Of a DNA stretch of 64,000 nucleotides, positions 60,925 through 64,000 are shown one piece after another. The notes under the pieces are model-generated. The model made no database searches. It saw only the letters and a list, made by a program, of their open reading frames with translations, and had not been told where the DNA came from. Position 1 is the stretch's first letter, and the number at the start of each line of letters is the position of its first letter. The stretch is from Macrostomum lignano (lineage: Eukaryota). The position numbers and the translations under genes are program-made. Location: contig NIVC01001514.1 in the NCBI GenBank assembly GCA_002269645.1, forward strand, positions 62,001 to 126,000, written 5' to 3'.

Positions 60925-61850
60925 CATCCTGATCACTCTGTCTTTCACTCTGTCCTGATCACTCTGGCTTTCCCTCTGTTTTGATCACTCTGTCCTGATC
61001 ACTCTGTCCTGATCACTCTGTCCTGATCACTCTGTCCTGATCACTCTATCCTGATCACTGTGTCTTTCACTCTGTCCTGATCACTCTGTCCTGGTTACTC
61101 TGTCCTGATCACTCAATCCTGATCACTCTGTCTTTCACTCTGTCCTGATCATTCTGTCCTGATCACTCTGTCCTGATCACTCTGTCCTGATCACTCTATC
61201 CTGATCACTGTGTCTTTCACTCTGTCCTGATCACTCTGTCCTGGTTACTCTGTCCTGATCACTCAATCCTGATCACTCTGTCTTTCACTCTGTCCTGATC
61301 ATTCTGTCCTGATCACTCTGTCTTTCACTCTGTCCTGATCACTCTGTCCTGATCACTCTGTCTTTCACTCTGTCCTGATCACTCTGTCCTGATCTATCCT
61401 GATCACTCTATCCTGATCACTCTGTCCTGATCACTCTGTCCTGATCACTCTGTCCTGATCACTCTGTCTTTCACTCTGTCCTGATCACTCTGTCCTGATC
61501 ACTCTGTCCTGATCACTCTGTCCTGATCACTCTGTCCTGATCACTCTATCGTGATCACTCTATCCTGATCACTCTGTCCTTCACTCTGTCCTGATCACTC
61601 TGTCCTGATCACTCTGTCTTTCACTCTGTCCTGATCACTCTGTCCTGATCACTCTGTCCTTCACTCTGTCCTGATCACTCTGTCCTGATCACTCTGTCCT
61701 GATCACTCTGTCCTGATCACTCTGTCCTGATCACTCTGTCCTTCACTCTGTCCTGATCACTCTGTCCTGATCACTCTGTCCTGATCACTCTGTCCTGATC
61801 ACTCTGTCCTTCACTCTGTCCTGATCACTCTATCTTTCACTATATCCTTA
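60925..61850. repeat. 14-bp CTGATCACTCTGTC minisatellite
   Basis: Read directly. Confidence 0.97.
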
Positions 61851-62399
61851 TTACCCAGCTGTCACTCTATTGATATAACGCATTTTTTCATTAAAAATTG
61901 TTAAAATGGCCCTAGTCCCATATTTTACCAACGAAGTTTTACATATTTTTGAAGAGCTTACTGGCCGATCGGTTCCGGACGTTTATTTTTTTTAACTTTG
62001 AGAATTTTCTGGAGCGCACGAGACTTGTTTGAGTCGCAGGCTCCCACTCCTCTTTTGTTTAACTTGAAACCACGCGAACTGCTTCAACCCTCCTCCCACA
62101 GCCCCGCCAGTTCTTTTCGCCAACAATCTCAAAGCACTTTAAGCAGTCTCTTACAGCACGGGTGAGAACTCGTCTCGACTGTGTGTTAAGTATTGACCGG
62201 CTGGCTCTGCCCAGCTTGTTCCCCTCTTCGGCATCAAGTTTTGTTATAATTTATTTCTAATAGTTACGAGTTACTTTCTGGATAGAATTGCAGACCAGGA
62301 ATTGTCCCGAGAATTTTTGTTAGTTACTCTTGTACTTGAGTTCTGTCTCTTTTTCAGTCTACCTTTGACACTTTAAAACTCGTCGAAACTTACCGATCT

Positions 62400-62820
62400 T
62401 GACTACTTTGTCTACTTTATCTACCTTTGTCTACTTTTGTAACTTGCCTAATTTTATACCTTATTTTATATCTACTTACCTACCTACTTTGTCCACTTTG
62501 TCTATCTTGTCTACTTTGTATGCTATGCATACTTTATCTACTTAGTCTACTCTATCTACTTTGTCTACTTTATCTGCCTTGTCTACTTTATCTGCCTTGT
62601 CTACTTTATCTACCTTTTCTACCTTATCTACTTAGGGTACTTTATCTACTCTGTCTAGTTTATCTACTTTCTCTATTCTATCTACTTTGTCTACTTTATC
62701 TAATTAGTCTATTTTGAATACTATACATACATATTTACTTTATCTACTCTATCTGCTTTATCTACTTAGTCTAATTTATCTACTTTGTCCACTTTATCTA
62801 CTACATCTACTTGTCTATCT
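62400..62820. repeat. Degenerate CTACTTT(A/G)TCTA repeat
   Basis: Read directly. Confidence 0.85.
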
Positions 62821-63627
62821 TATAGAATTTTCTCAATAGAAAAAAGATCCAGCAGATTCAAAAAGCACTTCTACTCTTTATCCAATAGCTTCACTCAATT
62901 TAGATTCTCTCCATCAAAGGAATGGAAAATTTATAGTTCTCTGTCAGCGAAGTTAATGACCTCAAAATGATTAGTTGCTAGGCCAGCTCAGCTGGGCCAG
63001 AAATAACCAGTACCGAAGAAAACTTCCCACAGTTGGCAGTTCCGCGATAGCCGCTTATCAGACACTGGGGACACACAATGTGGGATATTAAGAAGCTGGG
63101 CTACGGTCCATCAGAGTTGGCATTTTCACCTTGGGAAAATTCCTTTTTTTCTAAGCTCTGCTGGACATCCTCGGTGTTTTCTCTTCTAGCAGAACAAGGC
63201 GCGAAGTAAGTGCTGCTGGAGTCTGCCTGCCATCCCGGTCCCCGCAGACTGCTCGACCCGCCAACCCTGGCTTCTTTTTTTAGTTTCTTAATCCTTCCTC
63301 CACCGTGTCTGCCAGGGAACTTTCCCAGCCCTCTCTCTGCTTTTTCTCCCAGTAGCAGGTTGTTGCACAGTGTGAAACACAGGCAATGGCGCAGCCTCCA
63401 CAAGCTTCTGGACATTTCTTTTCACCCAGCAGCCGACCCCCCTTTCTTACAGTTTTCTCTCGCCTCTTTTGCCTTTCCCTCTTCATCTTCGTCATGCAGA
63501 CTCTCATTTCCCTCCTCTATCCAAGAGAGTCCCCCGCTTGCTCGCCTGGCCAGCTGCTAATTTCTTCTCTTAATCCGCTGGACATTCGGCGGTTTATATT
63601 GGACTCTTCGGCTTGCGAGCCATGCAC

Positions 63628-63819
<192 letters not shown>

Positions 63820-64000
63820 ATCTGGCAGTAGAAAGTCAGTGGAGCACAGGATGCCAGAGTTTCAGATTTAGAATTTATTTTTGCCTAGGAAAAGAATGCA
63901 CAGTAACTAAGATTGACGCGAGTAGGTTAGAGCCAGTCGGTTGTGCAGAGGGGAAGAAATGGCTGAAAAATCAGAGCCAGTGGGTTGTACAGAGGGGAAG

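Noticed and set aside
63101-63560. Several 75-116 aa ORFs near the window end
   Set aside because: No recognisable domain or consistent splice sites; may be an exon of a gene outside the window but is unsupported here.

Overview
Eukaryotic, intron-rich animal DNA: GC-rich exons, AT-rich spacers and a different tandem repeat in most introns. This style fits a free-living flatworm such as Macrostomum (inference only). Most ORF-track entries are artefacts of repeats or antisense frames, so genes were rebuilt by hand from splice sites and reading frame. Genes left to right: RIC-3 (partial, -); KDM5/lid histone demethylase (6 exons, about 1641 aa, -); two tandem epoxide hydrolases with intronless CDS (-); a secreted ADAMTS/reprolysin-like metalloprotease apparently lacking prodomain and TSP repeats (-); an inverted, truncated epoxide hydrolase pseudogene (+); TMEM183 (+); a SOCS-box protein (+); a coiled-coil protein with an apparent frameshift (+); a 4-EF-hand calmodulin-like protein (+). 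The last KDM5 intron holds three nested elements: an old R2-like (RLE) relic, a hAT-type MITE with 8-bp TSD, and a young intact 4.5-kb Ty3/Gypsy element whose Gag-Pol ATG overlaps the primer-binding site. Also present are an inverted pair of tRNA/CORE-like SINEs inside a 35-bp periodic GGGAATTTCTC array, several MITE families and up to three GC-AG introns. No CRISPR array, rRNA or genuine tRNA gene was found. I found no clearly new multi-gene system; the best leads are the minimal metalloprotease, the Gypsy PBS/ATG overlap and the epoxide hydrolase cluster.
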